This document shows positions 17,786-25,788 of a DNA stretch of 64,000 nt, in pieces. A program made the position numbers and the translations under genes. Source of the DNA: Patescibacteria group bacterium (GTDB lineage: Bacteria > Patescibacteriota > Patescibacteriia > Buchananbacterales > UBA6539); the NCBI GenBank assembly GCA_028688055.1, contig JAQTYZ010000001.1, positions 178,910 through 242,909 on the forward strand, given 5' to 3'. How positions within the stretch are numbered: position 1 is the stretch's first letter; every line of letters starts with the position of its first letter. The notes beneath the pieces are model-generated. The model was not told where the DNA came from. It worked only from the letters and a program-made list of their open reading frames with translations, and did not search any database.

Positions 17786-19525
17786 ATGCCAAATATTTCA
17801 GTAAAAAAGGCTAATAACAATTCGGTTGTCAGTGATAAGCGAATATTGATTTTTTTTGGAATCATTGTTTTGTTTGCCGCGGCCGTTATGATCCGATTGT
17901 TTGCTTTACAAATTTTAGAACATCCTTTTTATTCAGTGATGGCGTCGGAAAGGCAAGAGGTTTTAAAAAGCTTATTCCCTGATCGCGGTTCAATTTACAC
18001 TGCTGAAAAAGGTGGACTATATCCATTAGTCACCAATCGGGATTATTATTTAATTTACGCGGTTCCGTCGGCGGTTGACAATCCGGGTAAGGTTGTTGAC
18101 GCTTTAGCGCCGATTTTAGAATTAAGCGAAGCTGACTGGCAAGAGCTGCTTACTCGTTTATCAAAAAAAGATGATCCCTATGAGCCAATCAAGCATAAAA
18201 TTACTAAAGCCGATAAAGAAAAAATTGAAGCTTTAAACTTGGCGGGCATTGGCTTTACTACTGAAACGTATCGTTTTTATCCGGAAAAACAAATTGGCGG
18301 ACAAATTTTTGGTTTTGTCAGTACCAATGATGACAAAAAGGTTGGTCAATATGGGCTGGAAGGTTATTTTAATACGGAACTTTCTGGTAAAACGGGATTA
18401 CTCAAGTCATTTAAAGATGCTTTAGGCTCTTTGATAACAGTCGGGTCTCGGTCAATTCAGCCAGCCCAAAATGGTTCAAACTTGGTTTTGACCATTGACC
18501 GCACCATTCAATTTAATGCCTGCAAGGATTTAAAAAAATATTACGACCGGTTTAAAGCCGACAGTGCGTCAATTATTGTCATGGAACCAACCGGTGCCAT
18601 TTTAGCCATGTGTAATTTCCCCGATTTCGATCCGGAAAATTATCGCGAAGTTCAAGATATAAGTTATTTTAATAATCCGGCTATTTCGGCGACTTACGAA
18701 CCCGGTTCGGTTTTTAAAATGATTACGATGGCAGCTGGTTTAGATACCGCTGTCATTACTCCTAACACAACTTATATTGATACGGGCGAAGTTAAAGTCG
18801 CTGGCTATACGATTAGAAATTTTGATAAAAAAGCCAGAGGCGAGCAGACCATGATTCAAGCGCTTGATGAATCGTTAAACACTGGAATGATTTTTATTGA
18901 GCAAAAGCTCGGTTTGGAAAATTTCAGAACTTACGTTAAGAATTTTGGTTTTGGGCAAAAAACCGGCATTACCTTAGCTAATGAAGTCTCAGGTAATGTG
19001 TCTTCGTTGGACAAAGCCGGCGATATTTATGGAATGACCGCCTCGTTTGGTCAAGGTGTCAGCGTGACGCCACTACAGCTGGCGTCGGCTTACGCGGCGG
19101 TTGCCAATAAGGGGGTTTTAACGAAGCCTTATATTGTATCAGAAGTTATCCAATTAAATGGTGATAAGATTGAAACAAAACCAACACCAGTGCGTCAAGT
19201 TATTTCGCCGAGAACAGCATCGACCCTAAGCGGTATGTTAGCTTCAGTGGTCCAAACTAGTTATGATAAGAAAGCCAGCGTCAAGGGCTATTATTTAGCC
19301 GGTAAAACCGGAACGGCGCAGATTCCGGGATCAAACGGCGGGTATAGTTCGAAAACCAATCATACTATTGCCGGCTTTGGCCCGATAGCTAATCCGCGCT
19401 TTGTTATCGTTGCCCGGCTGGAAAATCCGAAAGGAATTGGTTATGCCGCCGATAGTGTCACCCCACTTTTTAGTCAATTAGCTCAATATCTGCTAAATTA
19501 TTATCAGATTCCGCCCGACTATTAA
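17786..19525 (+). CDS. ftsI: Penicillin-binding protein 2 / FtsI-type transpeptidase
   Basis: N-terminal TM; SxxK (EPGSVFK), SxN (DESLNTG) and KTG (GKTGTAQ) motifs. Confidence 0.85.
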   Translation: MPNISVKKANNNSVVSDKRILIFFGIIVLFAAAVMIRLFALQILEHPFYSVMASERQEVLKSLFPDRGSIYTAEKGGLYPLVTNRDYYLIYAVPSAVDNPGKVVDALAPILELSEADWQELLTRLSKKDDPYEPIKHKITKADKEKIEALNLAGIGFTTETYRFYPEKQIGGQIFGFVSTNDDKKVGQYGLEGYFNTELSGKTGLLKSFKDALGSLITVGSRSIQPAQNGSNLVLTIDRTIQFNACKDLKKYYDRFKADSASIIVMEPTGAILAMCNFPDFDPENYREVQDISYFNNPAISATYEPGSVFKMITMAAGLDTAVITPNTTYIDTGEVKVAGYTIRNFDKKARGEQTMIQALDESLNTGMIFIEQKLGLENFRTYVKNFGFGQKTGITLANEVSGNVSSLDKAGDIYGMTASFGQGVSVTPLQLASAYAAVANKGVLTKPYIVSEVIQLNGDKIETKPTPVRQVISPRTASTLSGMLASVVQTSYDKKASVKGYYLAGKTGTAQIPGSNGGYSSKTNHTIAGFGPIANPRFVIVARLENPKGIGYAADSVTPLFSQLAQYLLNYYQIPPDY

Positions 19526-19534
19526 ATTATCAAT

Positions 19535-20833
19535 ATGTTAAAAAAACTACTCGAAAAAATATTAGGCATTTTTGCTAAAAAGATTTTGGATAAATATCAG
19601 CCACAAGTTGTTGCGATCACCGGCAGTGTTGGTAAGACGACAACCCGCGAGGCAATTTTTAAAGTTCTGAGCTCGGTGTATCAGACCAGAACTAATTACA
19701 AAAATTACAACAACGAAATTGGCATACCGCTAACGATCATCGGCTCTGAATCAGGCGGGCATTCACTGGTTGGCTGGCTTAAAGTTTTTTTTAAGGCTGT
19801 GGGCTTGCTTGTTTTTAAAAATAATAATTATCCCAAAATGTTGGTTTTAGAAATGGGGGCTGACCATCCTGGTGATATTAAATATTTATCCAAATTAGTG
19901 CCAGTCAAAGTCGGCGTGGTGACAGCGGTGGCTGAAGTTCATTTGGAATTTTTTGACAATCTTGATAACATTGCTAAAGAAAAAGGGGTGTTAATACGAT
20001 CACTGCCGAAAGATGGTTTTGCGGTTTTAAATTTCGACGATCGACGAGTTAAAGCGTTAGCGGAGAAAACAGCGGCCAAGGTTATTAGTTATGGGTTTGC
20101 CCCTGGCGCCGATATTACTGCTGGCGAAATTGCCGTTAGTCATGATGCCAACTATCAGGATGTTTCAACCATTCAGGGCGTCAGCTTTAAACTAAAATAC
20201 AATGGCAGTACGGTGCCGGTTTTATTGCCTCAAGTTCTCGGTGAACATTTAGTATCTGCCGCCTTGGCGGCGGTGGCTGTTGGCTTGGTTTATGATATAA
20301 ATCTACACACGATTACTGAAGCGCTAAAAACCTTCGAACCGCCCAAGGGTCGCATGCATTTAATTAACGGCATTAAGGGAACCTTAATCATTGACGACAC
20401 CTATAACGCTTCACCGCTAGCAACGCGCAAGGCGCTTTATCAGCTTGGACAAATTAATTTGAATAATTATCATCACAAGTACGCTATTTTAGGTGATATG
20501 CTGGAGTTAGGCAGTATCACCGAACAGGCTCATCAGGAAATCGGCGAAGCCGTTGTTGATTATGACATTGATTATTTAATTACGGTGGGTGAAAAATCGC
20601 GCGACATTGTCCGTGGGGCGGTGGCTAAAGGAATGCCCGAAGATCATTGTTTTAATTTTCCAGACAGTGTTGAGGCTGGAAAATTCGCTCAGCAGCGGAT
20701 CAAAGCAGGGGATTTAATCTTAGTCAAGGGCTCGCAGGGGATGCGAATGGAAAAAATTGTCAAAGAATTAATGGCGGAACCGGACAAGGCCGCTGAGTTA
20801 TTAGTTAGGCAAGACGCTAGTTGGTTAAAATAA
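19535..20833 (+). CDS. murF: UDP-N-acetylmuramoyl-tripeptide--D-alanyl-D-alanine ligase (MurF)
   Basis: Mur ligase P-loop VVAITGSVGKTTT; C-terminal LILVKGSQGMRMEKIV typical of MurF. Confidence 0.7.
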   Translation: MLKKLLEKILGIFAKKILDKYQPQVVAITGSVGKTTTREAIFKVLSSVYQTRTNYKNYNNEIGIPLTIIGSESGGHSLVGWLKVFFKAVGLLVFKNNNYPKMLVLEMGADHPGDIKYLSKLVPVKVGVVTAVAEVHLEFFDNLDNIAKEKGVLIRSLPKDGFAVLNFDDRRVKALAEKTAAKVISYGFAPGADITAGEIAVSHDANYQDVSTIQGVSFKLKYNGSTVPVLLPQVLGEHLVSAALAAVAVGLVYDINLHTITEALKTFEPPKGRMHLINGIKGTLIIDDTYNASPLATRKALYQLGQINLNNYHHKYAILGDMLELGSITEQAHQEIGEAVVDYDIDYLITVGEKSRDIVRGAVAKGMPEDHCFNFPDSVEAGKFAQQRIKAGDLILVKGSQGMRMEKIVKELMAEPDKAAELLVRQDASWLK

Positions 20834-20907
20834 CAAATTGACAAAAGAACTGACGCAGAGTAATTTATAGGTTGGTTCTTTTTGTTTTGACCGCTGGAGG
20901 ATTTGTG

Positions 20908-21207
20908 ATGACAAAGGAACGCGAATATCGTTGGTATCTTGAGCCGCTTGACGCTCACACCAATGAGGTGTTGGCGAGAAACGTCGGTATTGCCGAAGAG
21001 ATTGGTGAATACAGCACAACTGAAGGCTCTAAGCATCTTTACCTGGTCGACCGAGAAGTTATCCGCTATGTAAAGCAGAGCCAAACAACTTTGCACATTT
21101 GTTTCCAGATTTACGTTCAGGAAGGCAGTGGCCAAATCCGGCTAAGCAAATTCGTCGACGGCAAAAAACGTCGGCTCAAGCGGTGGCCGCGGCGGGCAAA
21201 GAGTTAA
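20908..21207 (+). CDS. Hypothetical small basic protein (GC-elevated orphan)
   Basis: GGAGGA RBS 6 nt before the ATG (GTG at 20905 also in frame). GC visibly higher than flanking murF/cysS. No recognisable motif. Confidence 0.35.
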   Translation: MTKEREYRWYLEPLDAHTNEVLARNVGIAEEIGEYSTTEGSKHLYLVDREVIRYVKQSQTTLHICFQIYVQEGSGQIRLSKFVDGKKRRLKRWPRRAKS

Positions 21208-21227
21208 TCTGAGCCCCCTTTTTTTAT

Positions 21228-21256
21228 TTGCCTAAACGGTTATAAATCGTTACAAT
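21228..21256 (+). promoter_or_regulatory. Candidate cysS promoter (TTGCCT-17-TACAAT) positioned for a leaderless transcript
   Basis: The -10 ends 6 nt before the cysS ATG at 21263 and there is no SD sequence between them. Confidence 0.35.
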
Positions 21257-21262
21257 TTAGTA

Positions 21263-22639
21263 ATGGCTAAGCTGACTTTATATAATACTTTAACGCGGTC
21301 AAAACAGGAATTTAAGCCGCTCAATGATAAAACTGTTGGTCTCTATACTTGCGGACCAACAGTTTATGATTATGCCCATATCGGCAACTTGCGGACCTAT
21401 CTTTTTGAAGATATCTTGCGACGCGTTTTAGAATTTGACGGTTATCGGGTTAAACAGGTGATGAATATTACTGATGTTGGTCATCTCACTTCCGACGCCG
21501 ATAGCGGTGAAGATAAATTGGAAAAGGGATCTCAACGCGAGGGCAAAACGGTTTGGGAAATTGCGCAATTTTATACTGATGAATTCAAGAAAAATATCGC
21601 CGACTTAAACATTAAATCGCCGACGGTTTGGTGCAAGGCGACTGATTATATTGCTGAGCAAATTGACTTTATAAAAAAATTGGAACAAAAAGGCTTAACC
21701 TATAATACCAGTGATGGCGTTTATTTTGATACGGCGCAATATCCCGATTACGCGCGCTTGGGCAAATTAAATTTGTCGGGCCAAAAAGCCGGTGCGCGCG
21801 TTGAACAAAATGACGCCAAGCGCAATGCCACCGACTTTGCGCTCTGGAAATTCAGTCCTAAAGATTCGCAGCGTCAAATGGAATGGGCTAGTCCGTGGGG
21901 TAAGGGTTTTCCGGGCTGGCATTTGGAGTGTTCCGCCATGAGTATTGCTAAACTTGGCCAAGAGTTTGATCTTCATTGCGGCGGCATTGATCATATCCCC
22001 ATTCATCACACTAATGAGCGCGCTCAGAATTGGGGCTTAACTGGGAAGGAAACCGTCAAGTATTGGGTGCATGGCGAATTTTTGATTATTGATCAAGGAC
22101 GAATGGGTAAGTCGGAAGGTAATTTTATTACGCTGCAGACGCTCATTGATCAAGGCTTTGATCCGTTGGCTTACCGTTATTTGTGTCTGCAAACACATTA
22201 TCGACAAAAGCTTAATTTTTCTTGGGAGTCAGTAAGCGCGGCGCAGAACGCCTTGGTTAAATTACAAACCGCCGTTGCTGGTTTTGCTGGTCAAAGTATT
22301 GGTTGTGTGGGGTATGAAGCAGATTTTCTAGCGGCTATTAATGACGATTTAAACATGCCGAAAGCTTTAGCAATCGTTTGGAAATTAGTTGCCGATTCCA
22401 AAATGCCAGTCGCCGGTAAAAAACAAACTTTAATTAAATTTGATCAGGTTTTAGGTCTTGGTTTAAATGATTTAAAACCGGAAATAATTCCCGAAGAAAT
22501 TAATAAAATTGCTAAAGACCAGGAGGCGGCTCGGCAGGAAAAGAATTTTCAAAAATCCGATGAGCTCAGAGCTTTGTCAGCAGCAAAAGGCTACATTATT
22601 GAAAATACACCCAATGGTCCGATAATTAAGAAAAAATAG
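21263..22639 (+). CDS. cysS: Cysteine--tRNA ligase
   Basis: [15 protein letters not shown] (HIGH) and RMGKSEGN (KMSKS) plus Cys/His zinc ligands. Confidence 0.9.
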   Translation: MAKLTLYNTLTRSKQEFKPLNDKTVGLYTCGPTVYDYAHIGNLRTYLFEDILRRVLEFDGYRVKQVMNITDVGHLTSDADSGEDKLEKGSQREGKTVWEIAQFYTDEFKKNIADLNIKSPTVWCKATDYIAEQIDFIKKLEQKGLTYNTSDGVYFDTAQYPDYARLGKLNLSGQKAGARVEQNDAKRNATDFALWKFSPKDSQRQMEWASPWGKGFPGWHLECSAMSIAKLGQEFDLHCGGIDHIPIHHTNERAQNWGLTGKETVKYWVHGEFLIIDQGRMGKSEGNFITLQTLIDQGFDPLAYRYLCLQTHYRQKLNFSWESVSAAQNALVKLQTAVAGFAGQSIGCVGYEADFLAAINDDLNMPKALAIVWKLVADSKMPVAGKKQTLIKFDQVLGLGLNDLKPEIIPEEINKIAKDQEAARQEKNFQKSDELRALSAAKGYIIENTPNGPIIKKK

Positions 22640-22640
22640 C

Positions 22641-23762
22641 ATGACAAAAAAAGTTTTAATTGTGTACGCGAGTGGGGGAATGGGGCACGTGACCGCGGCT
22701 AAAGCGGTCGAAGAAGCATTTAAAAATAAGTATCCGGCGGTGGAGACAAAAAATGTTGACGTCATTGATTACGCCAATAGCCTCTATAAAAAAATTTTTG
22801 TTGATGGCTATAATTTTGTTAGCGCTAAAAAGCCGGAATTGTGGGGTTGGTTGTATCATAAGTTCAATGATCCGTCGGTCCAAAAATTGCCAAGTTTACT
22901 TTCGCGTTTAGCAATCGAGGGCAAGTTTATTCCGCTGATTAAGGATTTTAAACCTGATTTTATCGTTGCCACCCATCCGCTACCGATGGTACTAATCTCC
23001 CATTCAAAAGAAAAAAATGTGATTGACATTGCGTCGTCATTGGTGGTAACTGATTTTGGTTGCCATAGCTTTTGGGTTGACCCGGAAGTTAATTATTATT
23101 TTGTGGCAACTGATAGTGTCAGTAAGTGCTTAGCCAATTATGGTGCTAAGTCCGAGCAATTTGTCGTAACTGGCATCCCCATTGAGCTTAAGTTTTCACA
23201 AGACCTTGATCGGCAAGCGATCGACAAAAAGCTCGGCTTAGTACCGGAATTGCCAACCGTTTTGATTGTTGGTGGTCAGTTTAGCTTTGCGGCCTTGCAA
23301 AAAATATATCACGGGATTCAGAAAGAACACGCTAAGGCCGTTCAGTTTATTGTCGTTGCCGGTCGGGATAAAGCGCTTAAGTTGGCGTTGGAAAACTTAA
23401 ATATTCAGAAAAGCGGTAACGTTAAGACCTTTGGTTTTGTCAGTAATATGCAGGAATTAATGACGGCGTCAGATTTGATTTTTTCTAAAGCCGGCGGCTT
23501 GACGGTTTCGGAATGTATGGCTAAAAGTTTACCAATGGTTATTAATAAAGTTATTCCTGGTCAGGAAGAAGATAACGTTAATTATCTGGTTAGCAAAGGA
23601 GCGGCGATTAAAGTTGATAATTTTGCTGGTATTGTTGAGGCGGTTAATGATTTGTTAGATAATCCGGAAAAAATTAAGAAGATGAAAGAGGCAGCTGGCA
23701 AAATTGGCAAGCCTAATTCGGCCACCGAATTAGCCGATTTTGTAATGAATAAGATAAAATAG
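22641..23762 (+). CDS. GT28-family diacylglycerol glycosyltransferase (MGDG synthase / UgtP-like)
   Basis: N-terminal KVLIVYASGGMGHVTAAKAVEEAF and overall UgtP/MGDG-synthase-like layout. Confidence 0.55.
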   Translation: MTKKVLIVYASGGMGHVTAAKAVEEAFKNKYPAVETKNVDVIDYANSLYKKIFVDGYNFVSAKKPELWGWLYHKFNDPSVQKLPSLLSRLAIEGKFIPLIKDFKPDFIVATHPLPMVLISHSKEKNVIDIASSLVVTDFGCHSFWVDPEVNYYFVATDSVSKCLANYGAKSEQFVVTGIPIELKFSQDLDRQAIDKKLGLVPELPTVLIVGGQFSFAALQKIYHGIQKEHAKAVQFIVVAGRDKALKLALENLNIQKSGNVKTFGFVSNMQELMTASDLIFSKAGGLTVSECMAKSLPMVINKVIPGQEEDNVNYLVSKGAAIKVDNFAGIVEAVNDLLDNPEKIKKMKEAAGKIGKPNSATELADFVMNKIK

Positions 23763-23780
23763 TTTTTTACTAAAAAAATT

Positions 23781-23817
23781 CAGGCCCGCGATGAATTTTG
23801 TATCCATCGCGGGCCTG
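23781..23817 (-). terminator. Rho-independent terminator (13-bp perfect stem CAGGCCCGCGATG / CATCGCGGGCCTG)
   Basis: On the minus strand the hairpin is followed by a T7 run; it sits 12 nt after the stop of the Cys-rich gene. Confidence 0.55.
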
Positions 23818-23828
23818 TTGCAACGAGT

Positions 23829-24104
23829 TTAGACACGTGGCTGCTTCGCCTCTTCGAAGCAGACCGGACAGTATCCGTGTGACGCTTCGCGACGAGGTAC
23901 GGGGCCGTACCACTGGCCCTCCACGCGAATTTTGTGGCAAACGCAACATTGCACGGGCTGGCCTTCAATCGGCGGCACATTGGAGTGCAGGTTGCAGTGT
24001 GCCTTATTTACCCCTGGTAGCAAGGCATTACAACCTTCGGCCTCAAACCATGATACCCCGCCTTTGCCGAGCATTCTATAACAAACCGGACACTGAGTGA
24101 TCAT
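23829..24104 (-). CDS. Small Cys-rich protein (putative zinc-ribbon; CPVC ... CCVC ... CPVC), GC-rich
   Basis: 91 aa with about 9 Cys arranged in CxxC pairs. GGAGGG RBS 8 nt before the ATG, own promoter and terminator. GC much higher than neighbours. Confidence 0.45.
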   Translation of the reverse strand: MITQCPVCYRMLGKGGVSWFEAEGCNALLPGVNKAHCNLHSNVPPIEGQPVQCCVCHKIRVEGQWYGPVPRREASHGYCPVCFEEAKQPRV

Positions 24105-24160
24105 TGAAAAAACCCTCCATTGCCCAAAAGAGCAGTAGTAGACACAAAAAAGAGTACTTT

Positions 24161-24189
24161 AGAAAATACCATAAAATTGTTCAAATGTC
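24161..24189 (-). promoter_or_regulatory. Candidate promoter for the Cys-rich gene (minus strand TTGACA-17-TATTTT)
   Basis: Consensus -35 directly downstream (minus sense) of the corA terminator hairpin. Confidence 0.3.
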
Positions 24190-24190
24190 A

Positions 24191-24216
24191 ATAATACCTC
24201 GGCTACAGCCGAGGTA
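24191..24216 (-). terminator. Perfect 12-bp inverted repeat AATACCTCGGCT-AC-AGCCGAGGTATT after corA
   Basis: Palindrome about 30 nt past the corA stop. Downstream U-tract is weak, so termination efficiency is uncertain. Confidence 0.4.
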
Positions 24217-24247
24217 TTTAGGTGAGCTTAGCTAAATTAAATGATAG

Positions 24248-25180
24248 TTACATCCAACCTTTACGCTTGAAAATCGTTAACATAGTGGTAATCATGATGG
24301 CCATGATGCCGATGACATACCAAAAACCAAAATGGTTATCAATGAATGGCATGGCGTGAATTGTATTCATCCCAAATATTGCCGCTAGTAGTGTGGCTGG
24401 AAAGGTAATGACGGAAATAATGGTCAGGGTCCGCATAATGTCTGAGAGCCGAAAAGATATTTGCGATTCGTTAGTTTGTTGCAAGGCTTCAATTCTTTCC
24501 TTTAAATTTTCTAAATTGTCCCAAATTTCTTTGGCCGTATCAATAAGACTTTCAAAATAGATGTCAGCTTTTTTCATCACAAATAATGGACTAGCTTTAA
24601 AATTATGGATGGCTTTTTTTAGGACATTTTTATGAACCTGCATAATTTTTCGGAAGTCGGTGATATTTCGCCTAATAATCAGAATTTCCGACACCATCCC
24701 TTTTTCCTTACCGGAGAAAATTGCTTTTTCAATTTTGTCGCAATCTTCATTAAGATGGTCAATCATCGGAAATGAACTGACAATTAATTTGTGCATAATT
24801 TCATAAAGCAATTTTTCCGGCGATTTATCAGGATAGCGCTCGCGCAGGTCTGGGCTAATTTGAAAAAGATGAAAAAAATCGTTAAAAATTCCTAAATGAT
24901 TATGGTTAATGGTTATTAAATATTCCTTACTGATAAAAATATCAAGCTCGGTCGATAAAATTTCCCTGGTTTGGTCGTCATAATAAGGTAGTAACATCAC
25001 CCAAAAAATATATTTTGGATAAGCATCAAGCTTGCTGCGGTAGCTCGGTGACAAACAATCGGTGATGTCTAGTGGATGAAATTTGTATTTTTCACCCAAG
25101 TTAGTAATTTCTTGTTCGCTGGGATCAGTTAAATTAATCCAGCTAAAAGATGAAAAGTCTACTTTTTGAATTTGTCCCAT
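24248..25180 (-). CDS. corA: Magnesium/cobalt transporter CorA
   Basis: C-terminal two TM helices with the GMN motif (FGMNTIHAMPF). Confidence 0.85.
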   Translation of the reverse strand: MGQIQKVDFSSFSWINLTDPSEQEITNLGEKYKFHPLDITDCLSPSYRSKLDAYPKYIFWVMLLPYYDDQTREILSTELDIFISKEYLITINHNHLGIFNDFFHLFQISPDLRERYPDKSPEKLLYEIMHKLIVSSFPMIDHLNEDCDKIEKAIFSGKEKGMVSEILIIRRNITDFRKIMQVHKNVLKKAIHNFKASPLFVMKKADIYFESLIDTAKEIWDNLENLKERIEALQQTNESQISFRLSDIMRTLTIISVITFPATLLAAIFGMNTIHAMPFIDNHFGFWYVIGIMAIMITTMLTIFKRKGWM

Positions 25181-25275
25181 AGCTTATCATTATTAATTTG
25201 ATTTAATTATAGCATCTTTGACAAATTGCTAAAAGAATTGTCTATTGAGGCGGTTTATACTATAATTATAAGCGT

Positions 25276-25788
25276 ATGAGCGATCAAAATAACAAAAATT
25301 TTCGCGAGTTAATGAAAACGTCGCCTGAAGAATCCCCTGAGGGCGAAATGGCTAAATCAAGGGCGGAAATTGAGGATACCACTGAAATTTCTCAGGAACA
25401 AAAAGATAAATTTAGAACCGAAGTTTTGGACGAAATTGAGGCCGCTAGTCGTCAACCGGTGGCCAATGTCAACGATTTAGCTAATAAATCTGTCCCGGCG
25501 CCGCCGCCGGATAAAAGTCAGACGTTGGTGCAGGTTGAAAATATTTTAGCGCAAGATTTGGAGGGCACTTTTTATCAGATGGATCCTGATTTAAAACAGC
25601 GGTTTAAAAGTGAAGGCGAAAAAACTGCGGCTAAGATTGAGGCCTTGATTAAGGCCGGTAAAGGCAAAGCCGGCGCTATTTTTAATTTAATTATCAAGTG
25701 GTTAAAGATTATTCCCGGCGTTAACAAGTTCTTTATCAAGCAGGAAGCCAAGATTAAGACCAGTAAGATTATTAATCTCAACAAGTGA
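25276..25788 (+). CDS. Hypothetical acidic protein
   Basis: Low-complexity acidic N-terminus; overlaps the next gene by 4 nt. Confidence 0.4.
   Translation: MSDQNNKNFRELMKTSPEESPEGEMAKSRAEIEDTTEISQEQKDKFRTEVLDEIEAASRQPVANVNDLANKSVPAPPPDKSQTLVQVENILAQDLEGTFYQMDPDLKQRFKSEGEKTAAKIEALIKAGKGKAGAIFNLIIKWLKIIPGVNKFFIKQEAKIKTSKIINLNK

Noticed and set aside
23780-23980. Minus-strand 66-aa ORF overlapping the terminator hairpin
   Set aside because: Overlaps the 13-bp-stem terminator and the better Cys-rich ORF in another frame; likely spurious.
23798-24100. Plus-strand 100-aa ORF (Arg/Pro-rich) in the GC-rich segment
   Set aside because: No RBS and low-complexity Arg-rich translation, as expected from reading a GC-rich gene in the wrong frame or strand. 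The minus-strand Cys-rich ORF has an RBS, promoter and terminator, so it is preferred.
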